The position numbers and the translations under genes are program-made. Under the pieces are notes generated by a model. It was not told where the DNA came from. It was given only the letters and a program-made list of their open reading frames with translations, and did not search any database. A DNA stretch of 64,000 bases from Candidatus Finniella inopinata (GTDB lineage: Bacteria; Pseudomonadota; Alphaproteobacteria; Paracaedibacterales; CAITNM01): the NCBI GenBank assembly GCA_943322985.2, contig CALPGA020000004.1, positions 10,686 through 74,685 on the forward strand, in the 5' to 3' direction. This document shows, in pieces, positions 9,474-20,155 of the stretch (position 1 is its first letter; every line of letters starts with the position of its first letter).

Positions 9474-10439
9474 ATGAGAAAAAAACTAGTATTTTTAGCT
9501 GTTGGTGCTGTTGCAGCTGTTTTATTTTTTAACGCCTCTTCCACAAAAGCAACCAGTGACGAAATTGTTGTCTCTATAAAACCCTTACACAGTTTAGTTT
9601 GCGCGCTTGCCAAAGGCATTACAAATCCTACGTTATTGCTAGATGGAAATTCCTCACCGCACCACGTTCAGCTGGTGCCTTCACAAGTGCTGGCTATGAA
9701 AAACGCAAAAATACTAATTTGGGTTGGTCCTGCTTATGAACAACCGCTCTTTAAACACGTGAAACAGCTGGAAAACAATGTTTTAGCATTACAAGATGAT
9801 TCATCAATTAAACTGAAACCGCTTCGCTCTGGAACGTTTTGGGATGAAAAATCTTGTTGTGTTCATGATCATCACGAAGATCACGACCATCACAACCATC
9901 ATGAACAATCTGATGCGACCAATCTAGATGGGCATATATGGTTAGATCCTTTAATGATGACACAAGTTGTAGGTGTTGTTTTGCAACATTTAAAAAAATT
10001 ATACCCAAATCATCAAGGGCTATTAACCAGAAATGCAAATGATTATAAAAAGCGTTTAGAAGCGCTACATCAAGATTTATTAAAGAAAATGGAACCTTAC
10101 AAAGGTAAAACGTATATCATTCAGCACGATGGCAATCAATATTTTGATAACGCTTATAATGTAAAAACAATTGCAACCATTTCAATTGATCCAAACGTTC
10201 CGCCAAATGCTGGGCACATGTTAAAAATTCGCAAAGCCATTGGTGATGGAAAAATTCACCCTAAGTGTTTATATGCAGAACGGCAAATGGATGGTGCGCT
10301 AGCGAGAAGCTACGCAGACACGTTGAAGCTATCATTCGTTGTAGTTGATTATTTAGGAGCAGATATCCCTGCAGGGGAAGATGCTTACGAAGCACTAATG
10401 AATGCGTATGTAAACGCATTCATTGAAGGAATTAAATAA
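9474..10439 (+). CDS. znuA: Periplasmic zinc-binding protein of a ZnuA/TroA-type ABC transporter, with a His-rich loop
   Basis: Signal peptide, SPHHVQL motif, the loop CCVHDHHEDHDHHNHHEQSD, and DGHIWLDP. Confidence 0.75.
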   Translation: MRKKLVFLAVGAVAAVLFFNASSTKATSDEIVVSIKPLHSLVCALAKGITNPTLLLDGNSSPHHVQLVPSQVLAMKNAKILIWVGPAYEQPLFKHVKQLENNVLALQDDSSIKLKPLRSGTFWDEKSCCVHDHHEDHDHHNHHEQSDATNLDGHIWLDPLMMTQVVGVVLQHLKKLYPNHQGLLTRNANDYKKRLEALHQDLLKKMEPYKGKTYIIQHDGNQYFDNAYNVKTIATISIDPNVPPNAGHMLKIRKAIGDGKIHPKCLYAERQMDGALARSYADTLKLSFVVVDYLGADIPAGEDAYEALMNAYVNAFIEGIK

Positions 10440-10448
10440 AACATAGAG

Positions 10449-10525
10449 TGGTGGGCCCGACAGGACTCGAACCTGTGACATCCCCGTTATGAGCGGGGGG
10501 TTCTAACCAACTGAACTACAGGCCC
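10449..10525 (-). tRNA. tRNA with CAT anticodon (elongator Met or lysidine-modified Ile2; not an initiator)
   Basis: Manual cloverleaf: GGGCCTG acceptor with a G1-C72 pair, anticodon stem CCCCG/CGGGG with loop CTCATAA, T-loop TTCGAGT, CCA encoded. Confidence 0.85.
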
Positions 10526-10630
10526 AACGTAAGAAATATGCCCCAAATCAGCGTGTTGGTCAATATTTCTGTTGGTAACCTTTGTGAGTTATATTCTACC
10601 CCTTGCATTTATAGGTGGTTGCGATAGGGT

Positions 10631-10654
10631 ATAAGCACTTTATTTAGTGCTTAT
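10631..10654 (+). promoter_or_regulatory. Perfect 9-bp inverted repeat immediately upstream of the polA start codon
   Basis: ataagcact (10631-10639), then ttattt, then agtgcttat (10646-10654). The ATG is at 10660. Confidence 0.25.
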
Positions 10655-10659
10655 AATCA

Positions 10660-13347
10660 ATGACCCTGCATCTTGTTGATGGCTCCGGCTATATTTTTCG
10701 TGCGTATTATGCATTACCACCTCTTACTAGTCCCACTGGTACGCCTGTGGGTGCTGTATATGGTTTTTGCAATATGCTGCACCGACTTATTGAAAAAGTT
10801 GATGGTAATCGCTTATTGGTGATTTTTGACGCAGGTCGTAAAACCTTTCGTCAAGATATTTATCCAGAATATAAAGCCCACAGACCACCTCCACCTGATG
10901 ATTTAATTCCTCAATTTTCACTTATTCGCCAAGCTTGCATTGCGTTTGGTGTGCCAATGGTTGAATTGCCAGGTTTTGAAGCGGATGACTTAATCGCAGC
11001 TTACGCTAAAGCCTGCGTTGCCAAAGGCGATAAGACTCAAATTATCTCCGCTGATAAAGACCTTATGCAATTGTTGCGTCCAGGCGTTACCATGTGGGAC
11101 CCCATGAAAAACAAACCGATTGATGAACAGGTCGTGTTTGAAAAATTTGGGGTGACACCCGATAAGGTTATTGATGTGCAGGCCCTGTGTGGTGACAGCA
11201 GTGATAATATTCCAGGTGTTCCAGGTTTTGGCCCAAAAACAGCGGCGGAACTTATTCAAACTTTTGGAAGTTTAGAAAATCTATTAGAGAAAATTTCAGA
11301 AATTAAACAGCCACGTCGCCGTGATCTGCTAACAGAACACGCTGAACTTGCTCGTATATCAAAAAAATTAGTCACGTTAGATGATAACGCGCCATTGCCT
11401 GTTGCTTATAGCGAAATTGCACCGGTTGAAAGAAAATTTGAACAGCGTGATAACTTTTTAAAAGAGCTTGGTTTCTTAAGCTTAATGAAGCGTTTGCAAA
11501 TGGCAGATGGCTATTTTGAAGCATCTAAATCAATCGCTCAACCAGTTGATTACACATGCATCACCGATATTGATACGTTAAAGCAGTGGATCGATGAAGC
11601 GACCTCCGTTGGGAAAGTTGTGATTGATTGTGAAACAACTTCCCTTAATGCCATGCAGGCAAAGCTTGTTGGTTTATCTTTGGGGATTCCAATTGATTCT
11701 GGTTATAAAGCGGCGTATGTGCCTTTTGCTCATCAAACAGAAGGGCGCCAAATTCCCCTTGATGCGGCAAAAACATTGCTACAACCTTTTCTGGAAAACG
11801 CTGCCATTTTGAAAATCGGGCATAATTTGAAATATGACCTGTTAGTACTTCGTCAACATGGTTTTGAAGTGAATACACTCGATGACACTATGCTGATGTC
11901 TTATGTTTTGCATGGTGGTGAACATGGCCATGGAATGGACGAATTAGCCTTAAAATACCTAAACAGAACTACTATCACGTTTGCTGAAGTGGCCGGTAAG
12001 GGCAAAGCCCAAAAAACATTCGATATGGTTGAAATTCCAATCGCTACTACTTACGCAGCAGAAGATGCAGAAATAACTGGGCTGCTGTGTAACACATTCA
12101 AACCTGAACTTAGCAAAAACCAAGTAAGTGCTGTCTATGAACTAACCGAACGTCCGCTAATCCCCGTTATTGTTTCTATGGAAGAAGCCGGTGTGTGTGT
12201 AGATTCAAACTGGCTAAAGCATTTAGGGCAAGATTTTTCCAAACGCATGGTGGAATTAACGCAAGAAATTTATACCCTTGCAGATTGTGAATTCAACATT
12301 GCATCACCAGCGCAGCTTGGGGAAATTTTATTTGATAAGCAAAAACTGCCAGGGGCTAAAAAAACTAAAACAGGTGCCTATAGTACCGATGTAGATGTTC
12401 TAGAAAAGCTTGTTGCACAAGGACATGCATTGCCTGAAAAAGTATTGGCATGGCGCGGACTTGCTAAGTTGAATTCTACCTATGTTGAAGGCTTGCTAAA
12501 CGCAATCAACCCAGCCACTGGTCGTGTGCACACCAGTTATTCCATGGTGGGTGCGGCTACTGGCAGATTGTCATCATCTGATCCAAATTTACAAAACATT
12601 CCTATTAAAAATGAAGATGGACGAAAAATCCGCCAGGCATTTATTGCAAAGCCAGCTCACAAGCTTGTAAGTCTTGATTATTCACAAATCGAATTACGGC
12701 TTTTGGCACATTTTGCTGATGTACCAACATTGCAGCAGGCATTTTTAAATGGGGAAGATATTCACACTCGCACTGCAGCAGATGTGTTTGGGGTGCCCAT
12801 GACCCACGTTACGCCACAGCTTCGCAGGCGTGCTAAGGTTGTGAACTTTGGTATCATTTACGGTATTAGCGCATTTGGTTTGGCAAGACAACTTGGCACT
12901 TCTAATCAGGAAGCTAGTCAAATGATCAACGCCTATTTTGCGCGCTATCCTGGTATTGATGCGTACATCCGAAATTATCACAGGCAAGCGCGTGAACAAG
13001 GCTTTGTGACAACTCTTATGAGTCGTAAAATTCATACGCCTGGAATTCTTGATAAAAATGGTATGGTTCGTCAGTTTGCTGAACGTCAGGCAATTAATGC
13101 GCCTTTGCAGGGTAGCAATGCAGATATTATTAAACGAGCAATGATTAAAATTCATGGGTTTTTAAAAACGTCCCCAACAAAATTATTGCTGCAAGTGCAT
13201 GATGAATTGATTTTTGAAATTCCAGAAAGCGATGTAGAAAATGTTGCTCCTAAACTAAAAGAAATGATGGAAAATATTGTGCAACTGAAAGTTCCACTAG
13301 TTGTTGATATTGGCATTGGTGATAATTGGGACGCTGCCCATGGGTGA
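10660..13347 (+). CDS. polA: DNA polymerase I (5'-3' exonuclease, 3'-5' exonuclease-like and polymerase domains)
   Basis: 895 aa. N-terminal LVDGSGYIFRAYYA, GFEADDLIA, and polymerase motifs DYSQIELRLLAH, RRRAKVVNFGIIYG and QVHDELIFE. Confidence 0.95.
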   Translation: MTLHLVDGSGYIFRAYYALPPLTSPTGTPVGAVYGFCNMLHRLIEKVDGNRLLVIFDAGRKTFRQDIYPEYKAHRPPPPDDLIPQFSLIRQACIAFGVPMVELPGFEADDLIAAYAKACVAKGDKTQIISADKDLMQLLRPGVTMWDPMKNKPIDEQVVFEKFGVTPDKVIDVQALCGDSSDNIPGVPGFGPKTAAELIQTFGSLENLLEKISEIKQPRRRDLLTEHAELARISKKLVTLDDNAPLPVAYSEIAPVERKFEQRDNFLKELGFLSLMKRLQMADGYFEASKSIAQPVDYTCITDIDTLKQWIDEATSVGKVVIDCETTSLNAMQAKLVGLSLGIPIDSGYKAAYVPFAHQTEGRQIPLDAAKTLLQPFLENAAILKIGHNLKYDLLVLRQHGFEVNTLDDTMLMSYVLHGGEHGHGMDELALKYLNRTTITFAEVAGKGKAQKTFDMVEIPIATTYAAEDAEITGLLCNTFKPELSKNQVSAVYELTERPLIPVIVSMEEAGVCVDSNWLKHLGQDFSKRMVELTQEIYTLADCEFNIASPAQLGEILFDKQKLPGAKKTKTGAYSTDVDVLEKLVAQGHALPEKVLAWRGLAKLNSTYVEGLLNAINPATGRVHTSYSMVGAATGRLSSSDPNLQNIPIKNEDGRKIRQAFIAKPAHKLVSLDYSQIELRLLAHFADVPTLQQAFLNGEDIHTRTAADVFGVPMTHVTPQLRRRAKVVNFGIIYGISAFGLARQLGTSNQEASQMINAYFARYPGIDAYIRNYHRQAREQGFVTTLMSRKIHTPGILDKNGMVRQFAERQAINAPLQGSNADIIKRAMIKIHGFLKTSPTKLLLQVHDELIFEIPESDVENVAPKLKEMMENIVQLKVPLVVDIGIGDNWDAAHG

Positions 13348-14452
13348 ACCTCAACCTATCTCCCTCTACATCCACTGGCCGTTTTGCTTATCAAAATGCC
13401 CTTACTGTGATTTCAACAGTCACGTGCGTGAAACGTACGGCGAAAAAGAATGGCAACAGGCGCTGTGTGCAGAGCTTCGGCGTGTTCGTGATTGGATTGG
13501 CCCTAGGCTGTTAACGACTATTTTTTTCGGTGGTGGCACACCATCACTTATGCAGCCACAAACTGTTGAAACTATCATCAGCGAAGCGTGCAAATTATGG
13601 TTCACTTCTCCTGACCTTGAAATTACTTTAGAAGCAAACCCCAACAGCGTTGAAGTGGAAAAATTTCAACAGCTGGCCCAAGCAGGGGTAAATCGTATTT
13701 CTATTGGGGTGCAATCACTACGTCCCGAACGCTTGCAAAATTTGGGCAGAAAACACAGCGTTGAAGAGGCAATTAAAGCCATTCACACAGCCCAAGCAAC
13801 ATTTAAGCGTGTTAGTTTTGACTTGATTTATGCAACACCCGGTCATACTCCAGATGAATGGCAACCAGAGCTTGAGCAGGCCTTAACCTTTGGCACTGAG
13901 CATTTGTCACTTTATCAACTGACTATTGAACCAAATACAGCATTTGAACGCTTGCATGCCCAAGGAACGCTGGTTCTGCCTGTTGATGACTTGGCAGCAG
14001 ATATGTACGAGCTAACAAATTCATTTTGTGCAGCACAAGGCTTGCAAGCGTACGAAGTTTCAAACTATGCAAAGCCAGGCGCTGAATGCCAGCATAATTT
14101 AACCTATTGGCGCTATGGCGAATACATAGGTGTTGGTCCTGGCGCCCATGGGCGGGTGGCAGTAAATGGAAAATATTTAGCGACTAAACAATTCCGCACA
14201 CCAGAGCGCTGGCTAAAAGAATCTATTCGTGACGAAGAATGCTTGGAGTTATCTGCCGATGAACAAGAACAAGAACGAGTACTCATGGGCCTGCGCACCA
14301 CCGAAGGTATTGCTTGGAATAAACCCATGACGAATGAAATTCAAACCCTTATCAACGAAGATTTTTTAACTCATATCAACAGTAAACTAACTGCAACAGC
14401 AAAAGGACGTTTAGCCTTGCAAGCAGTTCTGCGCTATGGATTCATGGATTAG
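13340..14452 (+). CDS. hemW: Radical SAM heme chaperone HemW (HemN-like, oxygen-independent coproporphyrinogen oxidase family)
   Basis: HWPFCLSKCPYCDFNS (CxxxCxxC) and GGGTPS motifs. ATG 13340 overlaps the polA stop (ATGGGTGA). The longer TTG-started ORF from 13301 is unlikely. Confidence 0.85.
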   Translation: MGEPQPISLYIHWPFCLSKCPYCDFNSHVRETYGEKEWQQALCAELRRVRDWIGPRLLTTIFFGGGTPSLMQPQTVETIISEACKLWFTSPDLEITLEANPNSVEVEKFQQLAQAGVNRISIGVQSLRPERLQNLGRKHSVEEAIKAIHTAQATFKRVSFDLIYATPGHTPDEWQPELEQALTFGTEHLSLYQLTIEPNTAFERLHAQGTLVLPVDDLAADMYELTNSFCAAQGLQAYEVSNYAKPGAECQHNLTYWRYGEYIGVGPGAHGRVAVNGKYLATKQFRTPERWLKESIRDEECLELSADEQEQERVLMGLRTTEGIAWNKPMTNEIQTLINEDFLTHINSKLTATAKGRLALQAVLRYGFMD

Positions 14453-14494
14453 GTGGGTTTGTGTTTTACGTGTTTTTTTTATAAAATCAAATAT

Positions 14495-14568
14495 TGGCTG
14501 GGGGACCTGGATTCGAACCAGAGTTGCCCGGTCCAGAGCCGGGAGTTCTACCGCTAAACTATCCCCCA
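14495..14568 (-). tRNA. tRNA-Gln (anticodon CTG)
   Basis: Manual cloverleaf: TGGGGGA acceptor (U1-A72), anticodon stem CCCGG/CCGGG with loop CTCTGGA, T-loop TTCGAAT, G73, CCA. Confidence 0.9.
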
Positions 14569-14649
14569 GCAGTACATATTCATGACTACCATAATATGCT
14601 GATTAAGTGTAAGGTATAAAAAAAAGCAATTATAAAAAGAAATGCAGAA

Positions 14650-15741
14650 ATGTCTGAATATGATGTACAAAAACCACAGCTTGGGGGCGTTCGTCCTCTA
14701 GAGTGTGATAGTCACCACCCAATTATAGCAGCAATTGACCTTGGCACGAATTCTTGTCGTTTGTTGGTTGCACGTGTAAACGTAGCAGGTGTTCGCACTA
14801 ATTATTTTCGTAGTCGTCCAAAACCATTGTCTTGGAAGGTGATTGATTCTTTTTCTAAGGTTGTTCGTTTAGGCGAAGGACTGCACAATAATGACGAATT
14901 ATCAGTAGATGCAATGGATAGGGCCATGGAAGCCTTGGCAATGTGCCGTAAAAAGCTAGACCGTTATCATTTACACAGTTTACGTGCCGTAGCGACCGAA
15001 GCCTGTCGCCGCGCAACAAATAATCACGTGTTAGTTGATCGTGCAAAAAAAGAGCTAAATTTAGATATTGAAATTATTGATTCTGATCAAGAAGCAAGCT
15101 TGGCCCTTAAGGGATGCTCTGCAATGCTAAGTCCACACATTCCTTACGGAATTGTTTTTGACATTGGCGGGGGCAGCACAGAAGTTATTTTGGTGAAACT
15201 TAAAAAAGACGGTAAACGACGCCCTGGTTATGCAGTTCCGTTCGATGAAATTGACTCAATTTCTGTTCCCTATGGAGTAGTAACTACAACTGAAGCCGCT
15301 GGAATTCCTATAGACACAGTCCAATCACATGAGTATTTGCAAGGTCGTATTTTTGAAGAGTTAAGAGAGTTTGTTGAAAGAAACAATATCGCAAAACTTA
15401 TTGAAAACGATGAATTACAAATTACGGGAAGCTCTGGAACCGTAACAACTCTTGCTGCTTTCCATTTGGGTTTGGCGCAATATGATCGTCGTCTGGTTGA
15501 TGGAATGTCAATTTCCTATGAAGATTTATACGCGGTGATAAATCGTATTCTAACCATGACGCGTGAAGAGCGCCTTGATCAGTCAAACATTGGTTTTAGC
15601 AGGGCTGACTACGTGTTAACGGGGTCAAATATTTTAAAAGCAATATGTGATGCATTACCAATTAAAACAATGCGTATTGCTGATCGCGGTGTGCGCGAAG
15701 GAATACTAATCGATTTAATGTTAGAAGCCATCAGGATGTAA
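14650..15741 (+). CDS. Ppx/GppA-family phosphatase (exopolyphosphatase / pppGpp phosphohydrolase)
   Basis: ASKHA-fold motifs IAAIDLGTNSCRLLVA, DIGGGSTE and SSGTVTTLA. Confidence 0.8.
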   Translation: MSEYDVQKPQLGGVRPLECDSHHPIIAAIDLGTNSCRLLVARVNVAGVRTNYFRSRPKPLSWKVIDSFSKVVRLGEGLHNNDELSVDAMDRAMEALAMCRKKLDRYHLHSLRAVATEACRRATNNHVLVDRAKKELNLDIEIIDSDQEASLALKGCSAMLSPHIPYGIVFDIGGGSTEVILVKLKKDGKRRPGYAVPFDEIDSISVPYGVVTTTEAAGIPIDTVQSHEYLQGRIFEELREFVERNNIAKLIENDELQITGSSGTVTTLAAFHLGLAQYDRRLVDGMSISYEDLYAVINRILTMTREERLDQSNIGFSRADYVLTGSNILKAICDALPIKTMRIADRGVREGILIDLMLEAIRM

Positions 15742-15742
15742 T

Positions 15743-16513
15743 ATGGAATTTGTAAAAGCTCAAGGTCTTGGAAATGATTTTGTCATGTTGGTTAATCCAG
15801 ATGTGCTAGCTAGTCACCTAAGTGATTTAAGCAGACGACTGGCTGATCGCAGATACGGCATAGGCTGTGACCAAGTGATTGTGGCGCACGAAATAAATGA
15901 CCGAATTAATGTTCGCTTTTTCAATGCCGATGGTTCTGAAGCTGAAAGCTGCGGTAATGGAAGCCGTTGTATTGCAAAATATTTGATGGATCAAAAACAA
16001 CAACGCACAATTACCATCGAAACCCTTGGCGGAATTCTGAATTGCCAATTGGAAAATGACATGGTGACTATTCAAATGCCAACCCCAACAGTTGAAATTT
16101 TAGATGGACCACAATCATTAGGGCATCTTTCGACGCCGGATGCTGTGGCAGTTAATGTAGGTAACCCACATTTGGTATGCTTTGTGGAAAATATTGATTC
16201 AGTTTCTAGCTACGGCGAAGGGTTAGAAAACCACCCTGCATTTCCACTTCGTACTAACGTTGATTTTGTGAAAATACTCGATTCTGCACATTTACAGCTA
16301 AAAGTTTGGGAACGTGGAACAGGTATTACCCCAGCTTGCGGTAGCGGTGCGTGCGCATCAGTCGTGGCAGCTTATGCCCATAAAAAAGTTGAGCAAAAAA
16401 CAAAAGTTTCTCAATCGGGTGGGGATCTTTGGATTCAGTGGGATGGGAAAAAACTGTACATGACAGGCCCCGCTGTGATTGTGTTTACGGGCACTTTTTT
16501 CTATAAGTTATGA
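15743..16513 (+). CDS. dapF: Diaminopimelate epimerase
   Basis: Contains GLGNDFV and both catalytic Cys motifs, SCGNGSRC and ACGSGACA. Confidence 0.9.
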   Translation: MEFVKAQGLGNDFVMLVNPDVLASHLSDLSRRLADRRYGIGCDQVIVAHEINDRINVRFFNADGSEAESCGNGSRCIAKYLMDQKQQRTITIETLGGILNCQLENDMVTIQMPTPTVEILDGPQSLGHLSTPDAVAVNVGNPHLVCFVENIDSVSSYGEGLENHPAFPLRTNVDFVKILDSAHLQLKVWERGTGITPACGSGACASVVAAYAHKKVEQKTKVSQSGGDLWIQWDGKKLYMTGPAVIVFTGTFFYKL

Positions 16514-18249
16514 AATCTTTAAAGGGTTTTGATTGGGTTTTAGCATCTGCCGAAGATCGGCGGGTAATGCAGTACATGCAGTCGTACGAACTTCCTGAAT
16601 TCTTATCACGTATTCTTGTGGCACGAGATATTCACTTTGATAAGGTGAAAGATTTTCTGAACCCTTCATTGAAACGTTTTTTACCTGAGCCTTTTCTTTT
16701 AAACGATATGGAAACAGCAGTAAAACGCGCCGTTTCTGCAATTCAAACAAATCAGAAAATTGTTGTTTATGGGGATTACGATGTTGACGGAGCAACGTCT
16801 TCAGCACTATTGCGCCGTTATTTCCGCGATATTGGTGTAAGCACTCAATTATATATTCCAGATCGCCTCGATGAAGGATACGGAGCAAATCCCGCTGCGT
16901 TAAAAAAATTACGTACAGAAGGTAATGACCTGTGCCTTATGGTTGACTGCGGCACTACAGCTTTTGAAGCATTGGGGGAAGCTGCAACATGTGGGTTAGA
17001 TGTCATTGTTCTTGACCACCACACAGCTGAAACTAGCTTGCCTACTGCTATAATCGTTAACCCAAATCGTTTAGATCAAGAATTAGGTGAACGAATAGAT
17101 TTAAAGCTTTTGTGCGCTGCAGGAGTAGCATTTTTATTTATTGTGGCGCTGAATCGTGCGCTTCGTGCTTCAGGTCACTTTCAAACTCATCAAGAACCTG
17201 ATTTATTAAATTATTTAGATATTGTCGCACTTGGCACTGTGTGTGACGTCATGCCTTTAAAAGGGTTGAATCGCGCGCTGGTAACTCAAGGGTTGAAAAT
17301 TGCACGTATGCGTAAAAACATTGGCCTTGCTACATTGGCAGATGTGGCTGAATTAAAAGGTGGCATAACTTCTGCTTATCATTTTGGGTTTATGATTGGC
17401 CCACGCATTAACGCTGGGGGCAGGGTAGGGCAAGCTGACCTGGGGTCACGTTTGCTATTCACGCAAGACGCTTTAGAAGCAAAAGAATTGGCAATTAGGC
17501 TCAATGAATTAAATGCACAACGCCAAGAAATTGAACGTCAGGTTTTAGAAGAAGCTGTTATTCAGGTGGAGACCCAAGATCTTAATTCACGCTCCGTGAT
17601 TATGGTTAAGGGAAATAACTGGCATCCAGGTGTTATTGGTATTGTTTCAAGCCGTTTGAAAGATAAATATCACAAACCCACATTGGTAGTGACTGATTGG
17701 GAAGGTGAGCAAAAAGGCTCAGGGCGCTCTGTTTCAGGGCTCGACATGGGCGTGCTCATGCATCAGGCTTTGCATAAAAGCCTACTTACAAAAGGTGGTG
17801 GCCATGCAATGGCTGCAGGTTTTACCATTACACCTGGTTGCTATGAAAGTTTTTATGATTTTATCGATGCCGCAGCTTTACCCTGCATGCAAAACAGAGA
17901 GCTTAAGCTTACCATAGACGGTTACCTAACTATTGATGGATTGAATGAAGTATTTCTAAACCATGTGCAACAGCTAGAACCCTATGGTAGTGGTCATCCA
18001 ACCCCTACATTTGCATTTAAACATATGATTTGTAATTTTGCAGATGTGATAGGTGAACAGCATATTCGCTTGCAGCTGCAAGATGAAACAGGTAAACGTT
18101 TAAAAGCTATGGCTTTTCGCGCTATGCAAACGCCCTTACAAGAAGTGCTTAACCATCGTGGTCCTCTTGAAATAGCAGGCAATGTAAAGCTAGATGAATG
18201 GCAAGGAAGACAACAACTAACACTAATTGTTGACGATATAAGGATATAA
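16510..18249 (+). CDS. recJ: Single-stranded-DNA-specific exonuclease RecJ
   Basis: DHH motifs [15 protein letters not shown] and VLDHH, and the DHHA1 motif GGGHAMAAG. Confidence 0.9.
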   Translation: MKSLKGFDWVLASAEDRRVMQYMQSYELPEFLSRILVARDIHFDKVKDFLNPSLKRFLPEPFLLNDMETAVKRAVSAIQTNQKIVVYGDYDVDGATSSALLRRYFRDIGVSTQLYIPDRLDEGYGANPAALKKLRTEGNDLCLMVDCGTTAFEALGEAATCGLDVIVLDHHTAETSLPTAIIVNPNRLDQELGERIDLKLLCAAGVAFLFIVALNRALRASGHFQTHQEPDLLNYLDIVALGTVCDVMPLKGLNRALVTQGLKIARMRKNIGLATLADVAELKGGITSAYHFGFMIGPRINAGGRVGQADLGSRLLFTQDALEAKELAIRLNELNAQRQEIERQVLEEAVIQVETQDLNSRSVIMVKGNNWHPGVIGIVSSRLKDKYHKPTLVVTDWEGEQKGSGRSVSGLDMGVLMHQALHKSLLTKGGGHAMAAGFTITPGCYESFYDFIDAAALPCMQNRELKLTIDGYLTIDGLNEVFLNHVQQLEPYGSGHPTPTFAFKHMICNFADVIGEQHIRLQLQDETGKRLKAMAFRAMQTPLQEVLNHRGPLEIAGNVKLDEWQGRQQLTLIVDDIRI

Positions 18250-18251
18250 AT

Positions 18252-19049
18252 ATGCAAAAAATTATAGAATCCGCATGGGATAATTTAGCGAATTTGACCA
18301 TAACAGATGAGCTAAGAAATGCTGTTGAACAAACACTTCAGCAGCTTGATGCAGGTGCAATTCGTGTTGCGACAAAAACCGCTGAAGGTTGGCAGGTTAA
18401 TACGTGGCTAAAAAAGGCAGTTTTGCTATCGTTTCGCTTAAATTCTAATAAACTACAGCAAGGTTACCCTGCGTCATTTTTTGATAAAGTCCCCTTAAAA
18501 TCTGACAACTGGACTGCTGATCAATTTTTAAATTCAGGGTTCCGTAGTGTGCCAGGTTCGGTTGTGCGTCGCGGTGCGTATATTGCAAAAAATGTTGTGC
18601 TAATGCCAAGCTTCGTTAACATTGGCGCTTATGTTGATGAAGGAACCATGGTTGATACATGGGCAACAATTGGTTCTTGTGCGCAAATTGGAAAAAATTG
18701 TCATATATCTGGTGGCACTGGAATAGGCGGAGTTCTTGAACCTGTGCAGGCTGCTCCTGTTATTATTGAAGATAATTGCTTTATCGGAGCGCGTTCTGAA
18801 GTTGCTGAAGGCGTTATTGTTGAAACCGGGGCTGTACTCAGCATGGGTGTGTTTATTGGTGCGTCGACAAAAATTATTGATCGCCAGACTGGTGCTATTT
18901 ACTTCGGGCGAGTTCCTGCATATTCAGTAGTTGTTCCTGGGTCACTTCCTTCATCGGGTGGGGTCAACCTTAGCTGTGCAGTTATTGTTAAAACCGTAGA
19001 CGCCAAAACTCGTTCAAAAACAGGCATTAATGAACTATTGAGAGATTAA
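18252..19049 (+). CDS. dapD: 2,3,4,5-tetrahydropyridine-2,6-dicarboxylate N-succinyltransferase
   Basis: Left-handed beta-helix hexapeptide repeats and a characteristic DapD N-terminal domain. Confidence 0.85.
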   Translation: MQKIIESAWDNLANLTITDELRNAVEQTLQQLDAGAIRVATKTAEGWQVNTWLKKAVLLSFRLNSNKLQQGYPASFFDKVPLKSDNWTADQFLNSGFRSVPGSVVRRGAYIAKNVVLMPSFVNIGAYVDEGTMVDTWATIGSCAQIGKNCHISGGTGIGGVLEPVQAAPVIIEDNCFIGARSEVAEGVIVETGAVLSMGVFIGASTKIIDRQTGAIYFGRVPAYSVVVPGSLPSSGGVNLSCAVIVKTVDAKTRSKTGINELLRD

Positions 19050-19051
19050 TC

Positions 19052-20155
19052 ATGCATGTTCTAGATCTTGCTCAAAAACTTATTCAATTTGATACAGTTA
19101 CCCCCAAGGGGTCTGAATGTCTAGATTTTATTGGGAAATATCTTGAATCATTTGGGTTTGAAGTATCTAGATTACCATTTGGTGATGTTGATAATTTGTT
19201 CGCTCGAAAAGGAACAGGCGCGCCGCACATTATGTATGTTGGTCATGTTGATGTGGTGCCAACTGGTGAAGGTTGGACGCATGATCCATTTTCAGGTGTT
19301 GTGGAAAATGGTGTGTTATATGGCCGAGGTGCGGTTGATATGAAAGGTTCCATAGCGGCATTTTTAGCAGTCATACCAAATATAAAAACTAATGGATCAA
19401 TCAGTATTCTACTTACATCAGACGAAGAAGGCCCTGCTAAAGACGGTGTAGCCAAAGTTATTCCGTGGTTAAAAGAAAATAACCATATTCCTACCTTTGC
19501 TTTGGTAGGTGAGCCTACATCAGTTGATAAGGTTGCAGACACTATTAAAAATGGCAGACGTGGCAGCATTAGCTTCGACATAACTGTTCAAGGTAGTCAA
19601 GGGCATGTGGCATATCCACACTTGGCAAATAATGCGGCCAACCCAATGATTATGTTTCTTGGTGAGTTAGTTTCAACTTCTCTTGATAAAGGCACAGCTG
19701 ACTTTGATCCTAGCAACTTAGAAATTGTAAAATTGAATATGCCAAACAGTGCTTACAATGTAATTGCAGGCACCGCTTATGCTTCCGTAAATATTCGTTT
19801 CAATACTCAACATAGCTTTGAATCATTAACACAACATATTAATTCGATAGCCAAAAAAGCAGAAAAACACTTTAAAGTTACTTTTTCAATAGCACCACTA
19901 CCATCAGCAGAGCCTTTCATCGCTAGTTCTTCGGTATGGGCGAATATAGTATCAAAAGCAGTTGAAGCTGAAACTGGTGTTGCGCCTATCTGTTCAACGT
20001 CAGGTGGAACTTCAGATGCACGTTTTATGCACAAAATCTGTCCTGTTATTGAATTAGGCCTTTTGAACAAAACTGCGCACCATGTTGATGAATGTGTGCC
20101 TGTTAGTGATTTGGAGATGTTTCAAAAAATTTACGAGCGAGTTTTTCAAAGATAG
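19052..20155 (+). CDS. dapE: Succinyl-diaminopimelate desuccinylase (M20 peptidase)
   Basis: Contains GHVDVVP, RGAVDMKG and SDEEG motifs. It lies directly downstream of dapD. Confidence 0.9.
   Translation: MHVLDLAQKLIQFDTVTPKGSECLDFIGKYLESFGFEVSRLPFGDVDNLFARKGTGAPHIMYVGHVDVVPTGEGWTHDPFSGVVENGVLYGRGAVDMKGSIAAFLAVIPNIKTNGSISILLTSDEEGPAKDGVAKVIPWLKENNHIPTFALVGEPTSVDKVADTIKNGRRGSISFDITVQGSQGHVAYPHLANNAANPMIMFLGELVSTSLDKGTADFDPSNLEIVKLNMPNSAYNVIAGTAYASVNIRFNTQHSFESLTQHINSIAKKAEKHFKVTFSIAPLPSAEPFIASSSVWANIVSKAVEAETGVAPICSTSGGTSDARFMHKICPVIELGLLNKTAHHVDECVPVSDLEMFQKIYERVFQR

Noticed and set aside
9329-9619. 96-aa minus-strand ORF between tRNA-Pro and znuA
   Set aside because: It overlaps the znuA start and signal peptide antisense. 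It has low-complexity composition and no motif.
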